The notes below the pieces were generated by a model. The model searched no databases, was not told the DNA's origin, and saw nothing but the letters and a program-made list of their open reading frames with translations. From Polyangiaceae bacterium (GTDB lineage: Bacteria; Myxococcota_A; Polyangia; Polyangiales; Polyangiaceae): a stretch of 64,000 nucleotides of DNA. The DNA lies in the NCBI GenBank assembly GCA_033763455.1, contig JANRKO010000019.1:32001-96000 (forward strand), given 5' to 3'. The first letter of the stretch is position 1. The number at the start of each line of letters is the position of its first letter. Below, piece by piece: positions 39,147 to 49,292 of this stretch. A program made the translations under genes and the position numbers.

Positions 39147-39221
39147 TTTCCATATGTTCGCATCCAGATCCGCTATGGGCAACGGGGGAGGGCAGGCGTA
39201 GGAGTTGCCACAGAGGACCCT

Positions 39222-42200
39222 ATGGCCAAACCGAGCAGCTCCAAAACCGCCACTCTTACTGCCAAAGACAGCCTGATCCCCTGGCTTGCCCCTGAACTTA
39301 CGGGCATCAACCGCCTACGTGGCAGGGCCTTCGGCTATGGGTTCCCAAGCGTCGAAGACGCGCTTGCAGGCAGCAAGCCCGAAATGCGTTCGCTCGATGG
39401 CGTCTGGAGGTTCAAGCTCCTCGGCCGCCCCGAGGACACGCCGGCAGATTTCCCTTCGCCCGCGCTTAAAGACGCACACTGGCACAATATAGAGGTGCCC
39501 GGCTGTTTCACCATGCAGGGCTTCGGTAAACCTATTTACACGAACGTCAAGCTGCCATGGGTCTGCCGTTATCCTGAGGTGCCGGATGAGAACCCGACTG
39601 GGCTTTATCGCGTACGCTTCCAGGTGCCCAAAGCCTGGGCCGGTAAGCGCCTGATCCTCCGCTTCGGATCCATAGAGAGCGTTGGGAGTGTGTGGGTCAA
39701 CGGGGTAGCCGTTGGGATGACGAAGGACTCGCGCCTCCCGAGCGAGTTCGACATTACAGCGGTCGCGAAGCTGGGTGAAAATGTGTTGGCGGTCCAGGTC
39801 ATCCAGTGGTCCGATTGCACGTTCATCGAAGACCAAGATCAGTGGTGGCAGGCGGGTATTGCGCGCGAGGTCGAACTCCTCGCTTACCCCAAGGTTCACC
39901 TAGAGGATGTCTTTGCGAAGGCGGGCTTTGACTATGTGAAGGGCTCTGGCAGCCTTGAAATCAAGGTGCGCGTGCATCAGACGCCGGCCCCGGGTTGGAA
40001 GGTCCGCGCCCGTTTGTTCAACGCCAAGGGCAAGCTGACTCAAAAGGCGCCGTTTGAGGCAGAGGTCACCTGGTTCGAACCAGCTCAGCCGCACACGCGG
40101 GAGGAGCACGCGGCCGTCTTGAAGACGGTGTTGCCCAAGGTAGACGCTTGGTCGCATGAGTCGCCGACGCTCTACACGCTGGTCGTGTCGTTGGTCGACC
40201 CTGCGGGCAAGGAGGTCGATCATACTCGCCAACGCATCGGCTTCCGCAGCGTTGAGATCAAAGAGCGTTCGCTCTTACTGAACGGCAAACGGGTGTTCAT
40301 CCGGGGCGTCAATCGCCATGAGCACCACGATCGATACGGCAAGGTGGTCGATGCGGATACAGCGCTCCGGGATATTCAGGTGCTCAAGCAGTTCAATTTT
40401 AACGCCGTGCGCACTTCACACTACCCGCCGCACCCGAGCTGGTTCGATCTGTGTGACGAACACGGGATCCTGTGCATCGACGAAACCAACCTCGAGGCAC
40501 ACCACCACTACCACGATATCTGTAACGATCCGCGCTATGCCTCGGCTTTCTTGGACCGTGGCAGCCGCATGGTCCTGCGCGATCGCAACCATCCTTCGAT
40601 CATCATGTGGTCACTCGGGAACGAGAGTGGCTACGGGCCGAACCACGACGCCATGGCTGGCTGGATGCGTCACGCCGACGGTACCCGCATCATCCACTAC
40701 GAGGGAGCTATTGCTGTCGCCGGTTGGAACAACGGGCATGTGGGCTCCGATCTGGTGTGCCCCATGTACCCTGCGCCGAACGAGCTGATCCGGCACGCCA
40801 CCACCACCAAAGATTGGCGGCCCATCATTATGTGCGAATACGCGCACGCGATGGGCAATTCATGCGGTGGCCTGAGCGACTACTGGCACGCTTTTGAGAA
40901 AACACCGGGCATGCAGGGTGGCTTCATCTGGGAGCTGCTCGATCATGGGATCCGCAAGCAAATCGGTAAAGATATGCCGCTCGGTGCGGACACTAAGGCT
41001 AAACCCACGGGTCGCGCCCCGGACATCGGTTGGCCGGGAGATAATGTATATTGGGCTTACGGCGGAGATTTCGGCGAGGTCACCCACGACACGAACTTCG
41101 TGTGCGATGGTCTGCTCTGGCCTGATCGGACCCCGCACACTCCGATGTGGGAGGCGAAGGTGCTGTTTCAGCCTCTAGAAGTACGTTTGATGCCGGGCGC
41201 TCGGCAAACCCCGCGTGGGGTGCAGATCCGTTCAAAATATGACTTTATCAGTACAGCGCATCTGGCTGGGTACTGGGAGTTAACAAGCGATGGCAGCGTG
41301 CTCGAATCTGGCAAGCTACCCAGGCTCAACCTGAAGCCGGGTGAGACCGCCAAGATCCAGGTGCCGTGTTCCAGCCCGAAAGTTCGCACCGGGCAAGAAG
41401 CCCATCTTATGTTGCGTTGGTACGATACACGCGAAATGCCCTTAACGGGGCGTAATCACGAGGTCGCCTGGGCCCAGCTTGCGCTACCCACCGTGGCCAA
41501 GGCCAAAGCTAAGAAAGCTAAAGAAGCCTCGGCTGCTCTACGTGCTGGTGGCAAGCTCACCGTAGGCGAAAGCAAGTCCACTATCACCATTGCTGGTCCG
41601 GGTGTTGAGGTCGTGATCGAGCGCTCGAGCGGGCGGCTGAGCGCCTGGACGGTTGGAGGGGTCGAGATGCTGAAAGCAGGCCCACATCCGTGTGTTTGGC
41701 GTGCACCGACCGACAACGACGGCATTCGTCTGCGAGACATGCACCGCGATCCGATCGCGGAGCCCGAGAATCCCTGGGTAAACAAGCCGTTGCGCAGGTG
41801 GATGGTCGCTCACCTCGATGAGGCTCGGACAGCAGTCGAGAAGCTGTCAGTGCGGTCCGTTCGCGGCGGCGTTGAGGTGGTTTGGTGCACTCGTACTTGG
41901 GGCAAAGATAAGGTCAGAGCTGTCGTGGTTGAGCACCGTTTGCTGGTCGGAAGCGATGGTTCATTGGCCTTCAGCCACCGTTTCGACGTGCATCAAGATC
42001 TGCCCGATCTGCCACGCGTCGGCGTGCACTTGCTGTTGCGAGCTGAGCTCGATCAACTTGAGTGGCTGGGCCTTGGCCCACACGAGACTTACTGCGACCG
42101 CCGAACGTGCGGCTTAGTTGGTCGTTTCGCTTCGAGCGTGCTCGATCAGTACATCCCGCACATCATGCCGCAGGAGCACGGTCACCACTGCGACACGCGT

Positions 42201-42503
42201 TGGCTGAGCTTGCGTCGAGCCGATGGCAGCGGCTTGTTGATATCCGGGGCGCCCATGTTGGAATTCAACGCTAACCGATACGACCAGATGGATCTGACTC
42301 GTGCCCGCCACACGTTCGATGTTAAGCCTAGTGAGCACATTCATTTGCATCTCGACGCGGCCCATCGCGGCCTAGGCACTGCCAGTTGTGGTCCCGATGC
42401 TTTTGATCAGTATCGCGTAAAACCGGGGAAGCGTTACGAGCTTGCCTACCGCATGATCCCGCTCTTGGCAGGGGAGGACGCGGCGGCCAAACATCGGGCG
42501 TGA
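39222..42503 (+). CDS. Beta-galactosidase, glycoside hydrolase family 2 (LacZ-type)
   Basis: PIYTN, GVNRHEHH, NAVRTSHYP, WSLGNES, MCEYAHAMGNS, GGFIWE, YGGDFG; GAGGA ribosome-binding site. Confidence 0.95.
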   Translation: MAKPSSSKTATLTAKDSLIPWLAPELTGINRLRGRAFGYGFPSVEDALAGSKPEMRSLDGVWRFKLLGRPEDTPADFPSPALKDAHWHNIEVPGCFTMQGFGKPIYTNVKLPWVCRYPEVPDENPTGLYRVRFQVPKAWAGKRLILRFGSIESVGSVWVNGVAVGMTKDSRLPSEFDITAVAKLGENVLAVQVIQWSDCTFIEDQDQWWQAGIAREVELLAYPKVHLEDVFAKAGFDYVKGSGSLEIKVRVHQTPAPGWKVRARLFNAKGKLTQKAPFEAEVTWFEPAQPHTREEHAAVLKTVLPKVDAWSHESPTLYTLVVSLVDPAGKEVDHTRQRIGFRSVEIKERSLLLNGKRVFIRGVNRHEHHDRYGKVVDADTALRDIQVLKQFNFNAVRTSHYPPHPSWFDLCDEHGILCIDETNLEAHHHYHDICNDPRYASAFLDRGSRMVLRDRNHPSIIMWSLGNESGYGPNHDAMAGWMRHADGTRIIHYEGAIAVAGWNNGHVGSDLVCPMYPAPNELIRHATTTKDWRPIIMCEYAHAMGNSCGGLSDYWHAFEKTPGMQGGFIWELLDHGIRKQIGKDMPLGADTKAKPTGRAPDIGWPGDNVYWAYGGDFGEVTHDTNFVCDGLLWPDRTPHTPMWEAKVLFQPLEVRLMPGARQTPRGVQIRSKYDFISTAHLAGYWELTSDGSVLESGKLPRLNLKPGETAKIQVPCSSPKVRTGQEAHLMLRWYDTREMPLTGRNHEVAWAQLALPTVAKAKAKKAKEASAALRAGGKLTVGESKSTITIAGPGVEVVIERSSGRLSAWTVGGVEMLKAGPHPCVWRAPTDNDGIRLRDMHRDPIAEPENPWVNKPLRRWMVAHLDEARTAVEKLSVRSVRGGVEVVWCTRTWGKDKVRAVVVEHRLLVGSDGSLAFSHRFDVHQDLPDLPRVGVHLLLRAELDQLEWLGLGPHETYCDRRTCGLVGRFASSVLDQYIPHIMPQEHGHHCDTRWLSLRRADGSGLLISGAPMLEFNANRYDQMDLTRARHTFDVKPSEHIHLHLDAAHRGLGTASCGPDAFDQYRVKPGKRYELAYRMIPLLAGEDAAAKHRA

Positions 42504-42517
42504 TTTCAGCCTACTCG

Positions 42518-43105
42518 CTACTCACGCTGAGGAGCGTTGCGCCGTTCCACCTGGCACAGCTTGGCTTCGAATGCTCCCGAGAGGCGGGACGCACTTTGCT
42601 GCGCCGTTCCGGGAAACTCCAAATCCAAGATGCCCGAAACGCTGCCCTGGCGATCAAGAGCCGCTTGCCGGATTTTCACCTGGCCTCCCGGCTCAAGCGC
42701 CCATGATTTCTTCCCGATCCGCACGATGGGCTCCGCTTGGCCTTCAGCTCGGGGAGGCACTCCTTCAGCAGTTCCTTCCCAAGGGTAGGCGCGCGGTGTG
42801 ATCGCAACGCCGGGCGGGGTGGTGATCGTTATGGTGACGAGAATTTCTCCATCTTCGGGTGCGCGAAAGGCGTCGCAGCTTAACGGATAACTGGACAATG
42901 TGATGCGGAGCTCGCTGCCAGCAGCTGGTAGCTCCAAGTACTCAGCCAGTGAAGAGCGAGGCTCAAAGCGTTGCCTGAGAGCAGGGCTTGCTAGGGAGAA
43001 TTCGACTTCAGCCACAGGCTCGTTTCTGCAGGCCGGGGCAGCCATCACCAGAGTTAAGCTTACAACGCACCAACTGCGAACTTTGTCGATATCGGCCCAA
43101 GCCAT
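42518..43105 (-). CDS. Hypothetical (lipo)protein
   Basis: Hydrophobic N-terminus with PAC; beta-rich; directly downstream of the kinase. Confidence 0.65.
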   Translation of the reverse strand: MAWADIDKVRSWCVVSLTLVMAAPACRNEPVAEVEFSLASPALRQRFEPRSSLAEYLELPAAGSELRITLSSYPLSCDAFRAPEDGEILVTITITTPPGVAITPRAYPWEGTAEGVPPRAEGQAEPIVRIGKKSWALEPGGQVKIRQAALDRQGSVSGILDLEFPGTAQQSASRLSGAFEAKLCQVERRNAPQRE

Positions 43106-43121
43106 TCCATTGACTTTTAGC

Positions 43122-46100
43122 CTATGCGCTGGCTTTGTCGGAGGAAGATCGGCGTACGGAAATTGGCCAACTCACGTTGCCAAGTGATGGCGCAAGATCC
43201 CTGAGGGCGCGCCGTGCCTGTGACGCTGTGGGGCGGTGCCGCGGATCGTGGCGCAGGCAAGCCGCTAAAATGACAGCTAAATCGCGCAGCCCAGGGGTGT
43301 GAGCTAGCCGAGTGAGCCCCTTGGGCCAGCCATCGTGCCCAAGCTGCAAGGCCATGAGAGCCATTTCGTCTTCGGCATCAAAGAGCAGCTGAGTTGTCAG
43401 CAACTCATAGGCGGTGCAAGCAAAGGAATACATGTCCGCCGCGAGTGGCGACGGTGAATGTCCGTCCGGGCCAGCGCCAAGGATCTCGGGACTACAATAT
43501 TCCAGTGTTCCGCAACCTGGGCGCAGGTGACGACCACTTAGCCCAAAGTCCACTAACACCGGCGTGGAGCCCTCACGCAAGATCACGTTGGAGGGTTTTA
43601 CGTCAAGGTGCCCAACTCCCACCTGATGCATGGTTTCGAGAGCGGCCAAGATGCCGTCTAGGTACTGAAAGACGTCTGGCATGCTCAGGGAATGGCTGCG
43701 GATGAGGCGATCGAAGCCAGCGCCCCGAATCAGCTCCATCACGAGAATGGGCTTGGGTCTGGCAGCTAAATCGAAAGTCACAAAACGCGCGAGATTGGGA
43801 TTTTGCGGGAGTGAAAGAAGCGCCCCCGCTTCATCGCGGAACATCTGAAAGAATTGTTGCTCAGAGAGGCTGCGAGCGGTCGTTGGATCGTAGTGTGGCA
43901 CTTTGAGTGCGAAGGCTTCAGCCTTGCGGTTGTGTCGTTCCTCGAACCGGCGCGCCACGAACACCGAACTTACCCCTCCGCTACCGAGAGCTCGCACCAC
44001 GTAAAACGCACCTATTGTGCGGCGTGGCAGCAGCCAATCCGGCAGTGGAGCACGGCGTTTCTCAAGCGGAATGGCATAGGCGTCCGCGGTGCCTGAAATG
44101 GGCAACCGCGCGATGCGACCTAGCACCGTTTTGGTTGCTTGCGCGATCGGTGTGGGGAGCTCCGCGACCAGCTCCGCGAGGGCCATCTCCATTTGATGCC
44201 GGTTGGCGGGGACCCCCGAACCTACGGCGCGCTCGATAAGAGCCGAGATTGCTGCAACCTCAGCGACCACCTCAAGGTGATCTGGGGCCATGCCGAGAAC
44301 GCGCTTCTCCGCGAACTTCATCATCCGGCGCAGAGCATCCGTTGCCTCCTCGAGTTCTCCGATAATGTCTAGATTGGAGCCATTCTGATCCACGAGGTCT
44401 TTGAGGCCTCGCGCGCTGGCCACAGAGCGCAAAGCTCGGCCCAGCCTGAGGAGTGTTTGCTTTAGGGCTTCGCCCCGGAATGCGCCGCCCGCCGTGAGCT
44501 GGTGGGCAAGCACCAGCACCGAGTTAGCGACAGAGCTAACCTCCAGCTCTGCAGGTATCTGCACACTTGTTTCAAGCGGCGGCGGCGGGTAAGTTTCCTC
44601 GCGTGGGTTGAGGAAGTTCGCATAGGCCGTGAGTGGCTCCCGCACGTCGGGATGGATGGATGCTTCGGCTATCGCCAACACTGTCGGGCCGTCGCTCAGG
44701 GAATGCAGCACTGAAAGCAGGATCTCGCTGGCTTCGTACACACCTTCGCGCACCGCAGCGTCAAAGCTTCGGGCTAAAGTTGCCGAGAGGATGCGGTGAA
44801 CCCCGAGTGAGGGTGCCGTGGCAAGCTTGCTCAGAAGCAGCCGAATTGCGTGCCTCAGGCGCACCCGGACGCCACTTTCATCGGACTCGGTGGTGGCGGT
44901 TTCAAGATCCACCAAGTGCAGTAGAGTCTTGAGGCAACGCTTGTGCGCTTGCTCCAGGGGGCGTGGATCTTTGGAGGCCTGAAACCTTTGCTCCGTTTGA
45001 ATGAGCCAATGGCTGAGTCTGTTGTAGAACCGATCAAGTTCAGGAACGCTGGTGTCGGTTTCTCCAGGGCGGCGCTTCAGGAGCAGCAGGTTGGAAAGCC
45101 GTGCGTGTTCCAGCACGTTCAGATCCAGATCACCCAGAATGGCCAACAGCTGGGGCAGTTGCTTTAGGTCAAGGAGGTTGCCGGCCTCCAAACGATCCAT
45201 GCTCTGGTGGGCCTGAGCGAGAGCCCCGTTAGCGAGCTCGAACGCATGTCGCGCACCCTCCGTTTCGAAGGCTGTCATCGCCTGTCGAATCGCGTCTCCC
45301 AAAGTGCTAACGCCGCGGCTGCGCTCGGCCAAAAGATCCAGCGCAGCTACTGTTTCTTGCGGTACGAGCGCGCCGCTTTCGCCGTCGACGATGCTGTCGT
45401 GCAAACGCGCGCCCGCATTTTGACCAAAATTCGGCGAGCTTACATCGTTTAAGAGGTCGGCGATGGCCTCAGCAACATCCGCGCGGTCGCTTTGGCCGAG
45501 CTGCTGGAGGAGCTCCTCAGCCATGTCAGGCTCGGCCTCAATGACTCGGGGCAACCCGAGGACCATCGACGCCAAGATACCGGGATCGCGTTCCGCCAAT
45601 TCACCGCCCGCCACACGCAGGCACTCCACGAAGCCTTCTTCTGGGTTGTTGGCCGTAGCTGCAACCAAGGAAACAGCCGCCCGGCGCCATTCAGTGGGGG
45701 TTAGGCCTGGATCCAAAGCGAGCTCAATTTCATCGCGCAGTCTTGGGCTCACGGTACTGAGCAGGCCGCGAGCTGAGGCGGCATGGCGCCAGACGAGGGG
45801 TTCTCGGTCCCCCAAGAGTCGATCAAAAACGGGCCGCGCCCATTCGCTCGTAATGAGCACATCTACGTCGACTGCCCCGCTTTGTACACGATGGGCAGCC
45901 TCGCGAGCCGCGTGTTCAAACAAGCGAGCGGCTAGCCGCCGTGCGGGCAGAGCACCTGTAGATGGCTGATCTATCCAGTGTCGAAAGAGGTCCCGACGGC
46001 TCACGATCGTAAGGGCGAGTGGATCTGCATGCACCGGAGAGCCAATCGGCATATCGAACAAGAGCCCCATACGCGCCTGCATGGCGGGCGATTCCAGTGT

Positions 46101-46481
46101 GCGGCCTGAGCCGAGCGCCATTCTGGCGGCAACCGCCGCGAAGGTTGCCGCGGTGCCTTCATTGATCCGCGAGAGCACCCGACGGCCAATTTCACGGCGC
46201 AACTTCGAGGCACTGATTGCCGCCATCACTTCGTACAGGGCAAGGGCCGCCGAACCGGGGGCGATCCAGTCCAGATCGTCCGCCAAGCCGGTATCGATCG
46301 CTACTCCCACAGCGAGCTCAAGGCTCTGGCGATCCACTCCGTCGAGCGGGGGAGGCCCCAGCAGTGGGGAGCTTTGACTCAAGGCAGCGATAGCCTGACG
46401 CCAGTTGGCTCGGCGCTCCGCCACGTCGCTAAGACGAGGCAGTGCAGCCAGGGCTTCCACTGGGTTAGGCCGGGAGCGCAT
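43122..46481 (-). CDS. Hanks-type Ser/Thr protein kinase with long helical N-terminal region
   Basis: LGSGGVSSV, ALK, HLDVKPSN, DFG, GTLEYCSPE at the C-terminus. Confidence 0.92.
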   Translation of the reverse strand: MRSRPNPVEALAALPRLSDVAERRANWRQAIAALSQSSPLLGPPPLDGVDRQSLELAVGVAIDTGLADDLDWIAPGSAALALYEVMAAISASKLRREIGRRVLSRINEGTAATFAAVAARMALGSGRTLESPAMQARMGLLFDMPIGSPVHADPLALTIVSRRDLFRHWIDQPSTGALPARRLAARLFEHAAREAAHRVQSGAVDVDVLITSEWARPVFDRLLGDREPLVWRHAASARGLLSTVSPRLRDEIELALDPGLTPTEWRRAAVSLVAATANNPEEGFVECLRVAGGELAERDPGILASMVLGLPRVIEAEPDMAEELLQQLGQSDRADVAEAIADLLNDVSSPNFGQNAGARLHDSIVDGESGALVPQETVAALDLLAERSRGVSTLGDAIRQAMTAFETEGARHAFELANGALAQAHQSMDRLEAGNLLDLKQLPQLLAILGDLDLNVLEHARLSNLLLLKRRPGETDTSVPELDRFYNRLSHWLIQTEQRFQASKDPRPLEQAHKRCLKTLLHLVDLETATTESDESGVRVRLRHAIRLLLSKLATAPSLGVHRILSATLARSFDAAVREGVYEASEILLSVLHSLSDGPTVLAIAEASIHPDVREPLTAYANFLNPREETYPPPPLETSVQIPAELEVSSVANSVLVLAHQLTAGGAFRGEALKQTLLRLGRALRSVASARGLKDLVDQNGSNLDIIGELEEATDALRRMMKFAEKRVLGMAPDHLEVVAEVAAISALIERAVGSGVPANRHQMEMALAELVAELPTPIAQATKTVLGRIARLPISGTADAYAIPLEKRRAPLPDWLLPRRTIGAFYVVRALGSGGVSSVFVARRFEERHNRKAEAFALKVPHYDPTTARSLSEQQFFQMFRDEAGALLSLPQNPNLARFVTFDLAARPKPILVMELIRGAGFDRLIRSHSLSMPDVFQYLDGILAALETMHQVGVGHLDVKPSNVILREGSTPVLVDFGLSGRHLRPGCGTLEYCSPEILGAGPDGHSPSPLAADMYSFACTAYELLTTQLLFDAEDEMALMALQLGHDGWPKGLTRLAHTPGLRDLAVILAACLRHDPRHRPTASQARRALRDLAPSLGNVSWPISVRRSSSDKASA

Positions 46482-46681
46482 CGTTACAAACGAAAGGATA
46501 CAGTAGGACCCAGAGGGGACTAGCTCGAATCAACTTCTATAGGCTCGGCCACAAACGAGGGGACTCGCACTTTCTGCGCTCGTGTGGGGCTTGGGTTTCA
46601 AAATCTCACCCTGCGTCTCCAAACAGTGACAAGATTGTAGGAAATGTTCGCGTGCATTTCGGCTCACCAGTCAGGATGTGT

Positions 46682-48298
46682 ATGGAACGGAAAGACTTCG
46701 TACCCGTGAATGAACCCGTCGCAAGCTACGCTCCGGGCAGCCCTGAAAGGGACGAGATCCTTCTGGAATTGGCCCGGCAGAGCCAAACGCCAATGGAGCT
46801 GCCCCTATGGTTGGGCGGTAGTCGCCGCTTCGCAGGAAAGCGTGAAGCTGTGCGCGCTCCGCATCGACACAGTCTAATTTTGGGGTACGCGGTACAGGCC
46901 ACCGCGCGAGAAGTGGAACAGGCGATCCTGTTTGCGCTTGAGGCTAGGGCCTCTTGGAGCCGTACGCCGCTGGCTGAGCGAGCGCGCATTTTCCTGAAGG
47001 CAGCGGAGCTTCTCAGTGGCCCATTCCGCGCACGGATGAATGCCGCCACAATGCTGGGCCAAAGCAAGACGATCTATCAATCGGAGATTGATGCGGTAGC
47101 GGAGCTGGTCGATTTTCTCCGATTCAACGTGAAATTTGCCCTAGAGCTTGAGGGCCAGCCGCTTGTGTCTCCTAAGCCAACCTTGAATTGGTTGGAAATG
47201 CGCCCGCTTGAGGGCTTCGTTTATGCCGTAAGCCCCTTCAACTTCACGTCCATTGCCGCCAATCTGCCGATGGCACCGGTGCTCATGGGTAATACGGTGG
47301 TTTGGAAACCTTCGGGCCTAGCTCCGCTCTCAGCACACTACATCATGGAGCTGCTCTCGGCCGCCGGGTTGCCGGATGGCGTTGTGAATCTGGTGCAGGG
47401 AGATCCGATCGAGATTTCGCGGCAGGTCTTGGGGCATCCAAGCTTTGCCGGCCTCCATTTTACGGGGGGAACGAGCGCCTTCGGGAGCCTGTGGCAGCAG
47501 GTTGGGCAGAACCTGGATCGCTACACAAGCTTTCCTCGCATCGTGGGTGAGACAGGTGGCAAAGACTTTATTTTTGCGCACCCAAGCGCGGATCGGGAAG
47601 CTCTGGCCGTCGCGATTGTGCGCGGAGCATTCGAATACCAAGGGCAGAAGTGTTCTGCGGCGTCACGCATTTATCTTCCGCAAAGCATAGCCATGGACGT
47701 TAAGCGTCGCGTCGTGGAGATGATGTCCGAGATCCGAATGGGCGACATCGCGGATTTCAAGAACTTCATGGGTGCTGTTATCGGGCGTGGTGCCTTTGAT
47801 CGCATCACCCAGTACCAGCGCCTGGCGCAGGGTGATCCCGCTTGCCAGGTACTTTCGGGTGGAACCGCCGACGACAGCGAAGGGTATTTTGTTCAACCCA
47901 CGCTCATCGAAACGCAAGATCCGCGGCACGCCCTCATGTGTGAAGAGATTTTTGGCCCAGTCGCGACGCTGTGGGTCTACGCCGATGATCGATTCCGAGA
48001 AGCGCTCGAAATTTGCGACCAAACGAGCCCGTACGCCCTCACTGGAGCCATCTTTGCGCAAGATCGAGCAGCCATCACAGAAGCCTCAGAAGTACTGCGG
48101 TACTCCGCTGGCAACTTCTACATCAACGACAAACCTACGGGCGCCGTGGTCGGCCAACAGCCGTTCGGTGGCGGCCGGCGTTCAGGCACCAACGACAAAG
48201 CCGGGTCCTTTCTGAATCTTGTACGCTGGGTCTCGCCGAGGGCAATCAAAGAGAATTTCTGCCCACCCACTGATTGGCGTTACCCGTTCATGGCCTAG
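46682..48298 (+). CDS. pruA: 1-pyrroline-5-carboxylate (L-glutamate gamma-semialdehyde) dehydrogenase
   Basis: SPFNFT, FTGG, GETGGKDF, FEYQGQKCSAASR, EEIFGPV, SGTNDKAG. Confidence 0.95.
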   Translation: MERKDFVPVNEPVASYAPGSPERDEILLELARQSQTPMELPLWLGGSRRFAGKREAVRAPHRHSLILGYAVQATAREVEQAILFALEARASWSRTPLAERARIFLKAAELLSGPFRARMNAATMLGQSKTIYQSEIDAVAELVDFLRFNVKFALELEGQPLVSPKPTLNWLEMRPLEGFVYAVSPFNFTSIAANLPMAPVLMGNTVVWKPSGLAPLSAHYIMELLSAAGLPDGVVNLVQGDPIEISRQVLGHPSFAGLHFTGGTSAFGSLWQQVGQNLDRYTSFPRIVGETGGKDFIFAHPSADREALAVAIVRGAFEYQGQKCSAASRIYLPQSIAMDVKRRVVEMMSEIRMGDIADFKNFMGAVIGRGAFDRITQYQRLAQGDPACQVLSGGTADDSEGYFVQPTLIETQDPRHALMCEEIFGPVATLWVYADDRFREALEICDQTSPYALTGAIFAQDRAAITEASEVLRYSAGNFYINDKPTGAVVGQQPFGGGRRSGTNDKAGSFLNLVRWVSPRAIKENFCPPTDWRYPFMA

Positions 48299-48380
48299 GC
48301 CTCATGGCTTAAGCCGCCGCTCCCTGGGTTTTTCGCTTCAGCCCCTGGTTCAACCGCTCAATGGCACCTATCTTTCCGCG

Positions 48381-49292
48381 ATGATCGCGCCCACCGCTCT
48401 GCCCCGCACAGGCCTTCTCTGCGTTGCACATGGCACCGTCGAAAATCTTGAGGAGATGGCAGACTTTCTGAAAGTGATTCGCCGCGGTCGCCCTCCTTCG
48501 GAGGAGCTTATTCACGAGCTCGTCATGCGCTACACAAAAATCGGCGGCTCACCGCTCAATAGAGTAACAGCTCGGCAAGCAGAAGCCTTAGGGCAAGCGC
48601 TGGGGCTGCCCTCCCTTTGGGGCATGCGCCTGTGGAAGCCCTGGGTGGCCGACGTTTTGCGGGAGAACCTGAGTCGGTTCGATCGTGTGTGTGTGTTGCC
48701 GTTGGCGCCCTTTAGTGTGCACGTGTACCAAGCTGCCGCCGCGGAGGCGTTAGCTAGTGTACTTAACGGGAGCAAGGGGCCAGAGCTTATCGCGGTGGAG
48801 CCGTGGGGTTCGCACCCAGCGTACGTGGAGTGGTTCGCGGGGCGAATCGAGAAGATGTTGGCCCAATCATCGGCCAAGACGCGCGTCATTCTAACCGCCC
48901 ACAGCTTGCCCACGCGGGCGATTCAAACGGGGGATCCATACCAAGCTCAGGTGAATGCTTGCGCTCAGTTGATCTCCTCCCGCCTAGGCACAAAAGCCGT
49001 GCTCGCCTACCAGAGCCAGGGGGCCGATGGTGGGGATTGGTTGGGCCCGGATCTGAAAGCGGCTTTGGAACAAGCTCCCAAGGAGGGCCAAGAACGGGTG
49101 ATTGTGGCGCCCATTGGCTTCGTCTCTGAACACGTGGAGACTCTGTATGATTTGGACATTGAAGCCACAAAATGGGCAAAAGATTTGGGCCTAGTGTGGG
49201 AGAGAGTTTCAGCCCCGAACGATGATCCCGCGTTCGTGAAGGTGCTGGTGGATGTCGTGGAACGCGCCCTTGCTCGGAGTGCAGCATCGTGA
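48381..49292 (+). CDS. hemH: Ferrochelatase
   Basis: HGT, RYTKIGGSPL, TAHSLP, GDPY, WLGP, GFVSEHVETLYDLD. Confidence 0.93.
   Translation: MIAPTALPRTGLLCVAHGTVENLEEMADFLKVIRRGRPPSEELIHELVMRYTKIGGSPLNRVTARQAEALGQALGLPSLWGMRLWKPWVADVLRENLSRFDRVCVLPLAPFSVHVYQAAAAEALASVLNGSKGPELIAVEPWGSHPAYVEWFAGRIEKMLAQSSAKTRVILTAHSLPTRAIQTGDPYQAQVNACAQLISSRLGTKAVLAYQSQGADGGDWLGPDLKAALEQAPKEGQERVIVAPIGFVSEHVETLYDLDIEATKWAKDLGLVWERVSAPNDDPAFVKVLVDVVERALARSAAS

Noticed and set aside
26704..42503. Prophage or intact integrative element
   Set aside because: No integrase, transposase, phage genes or attR duplication seen
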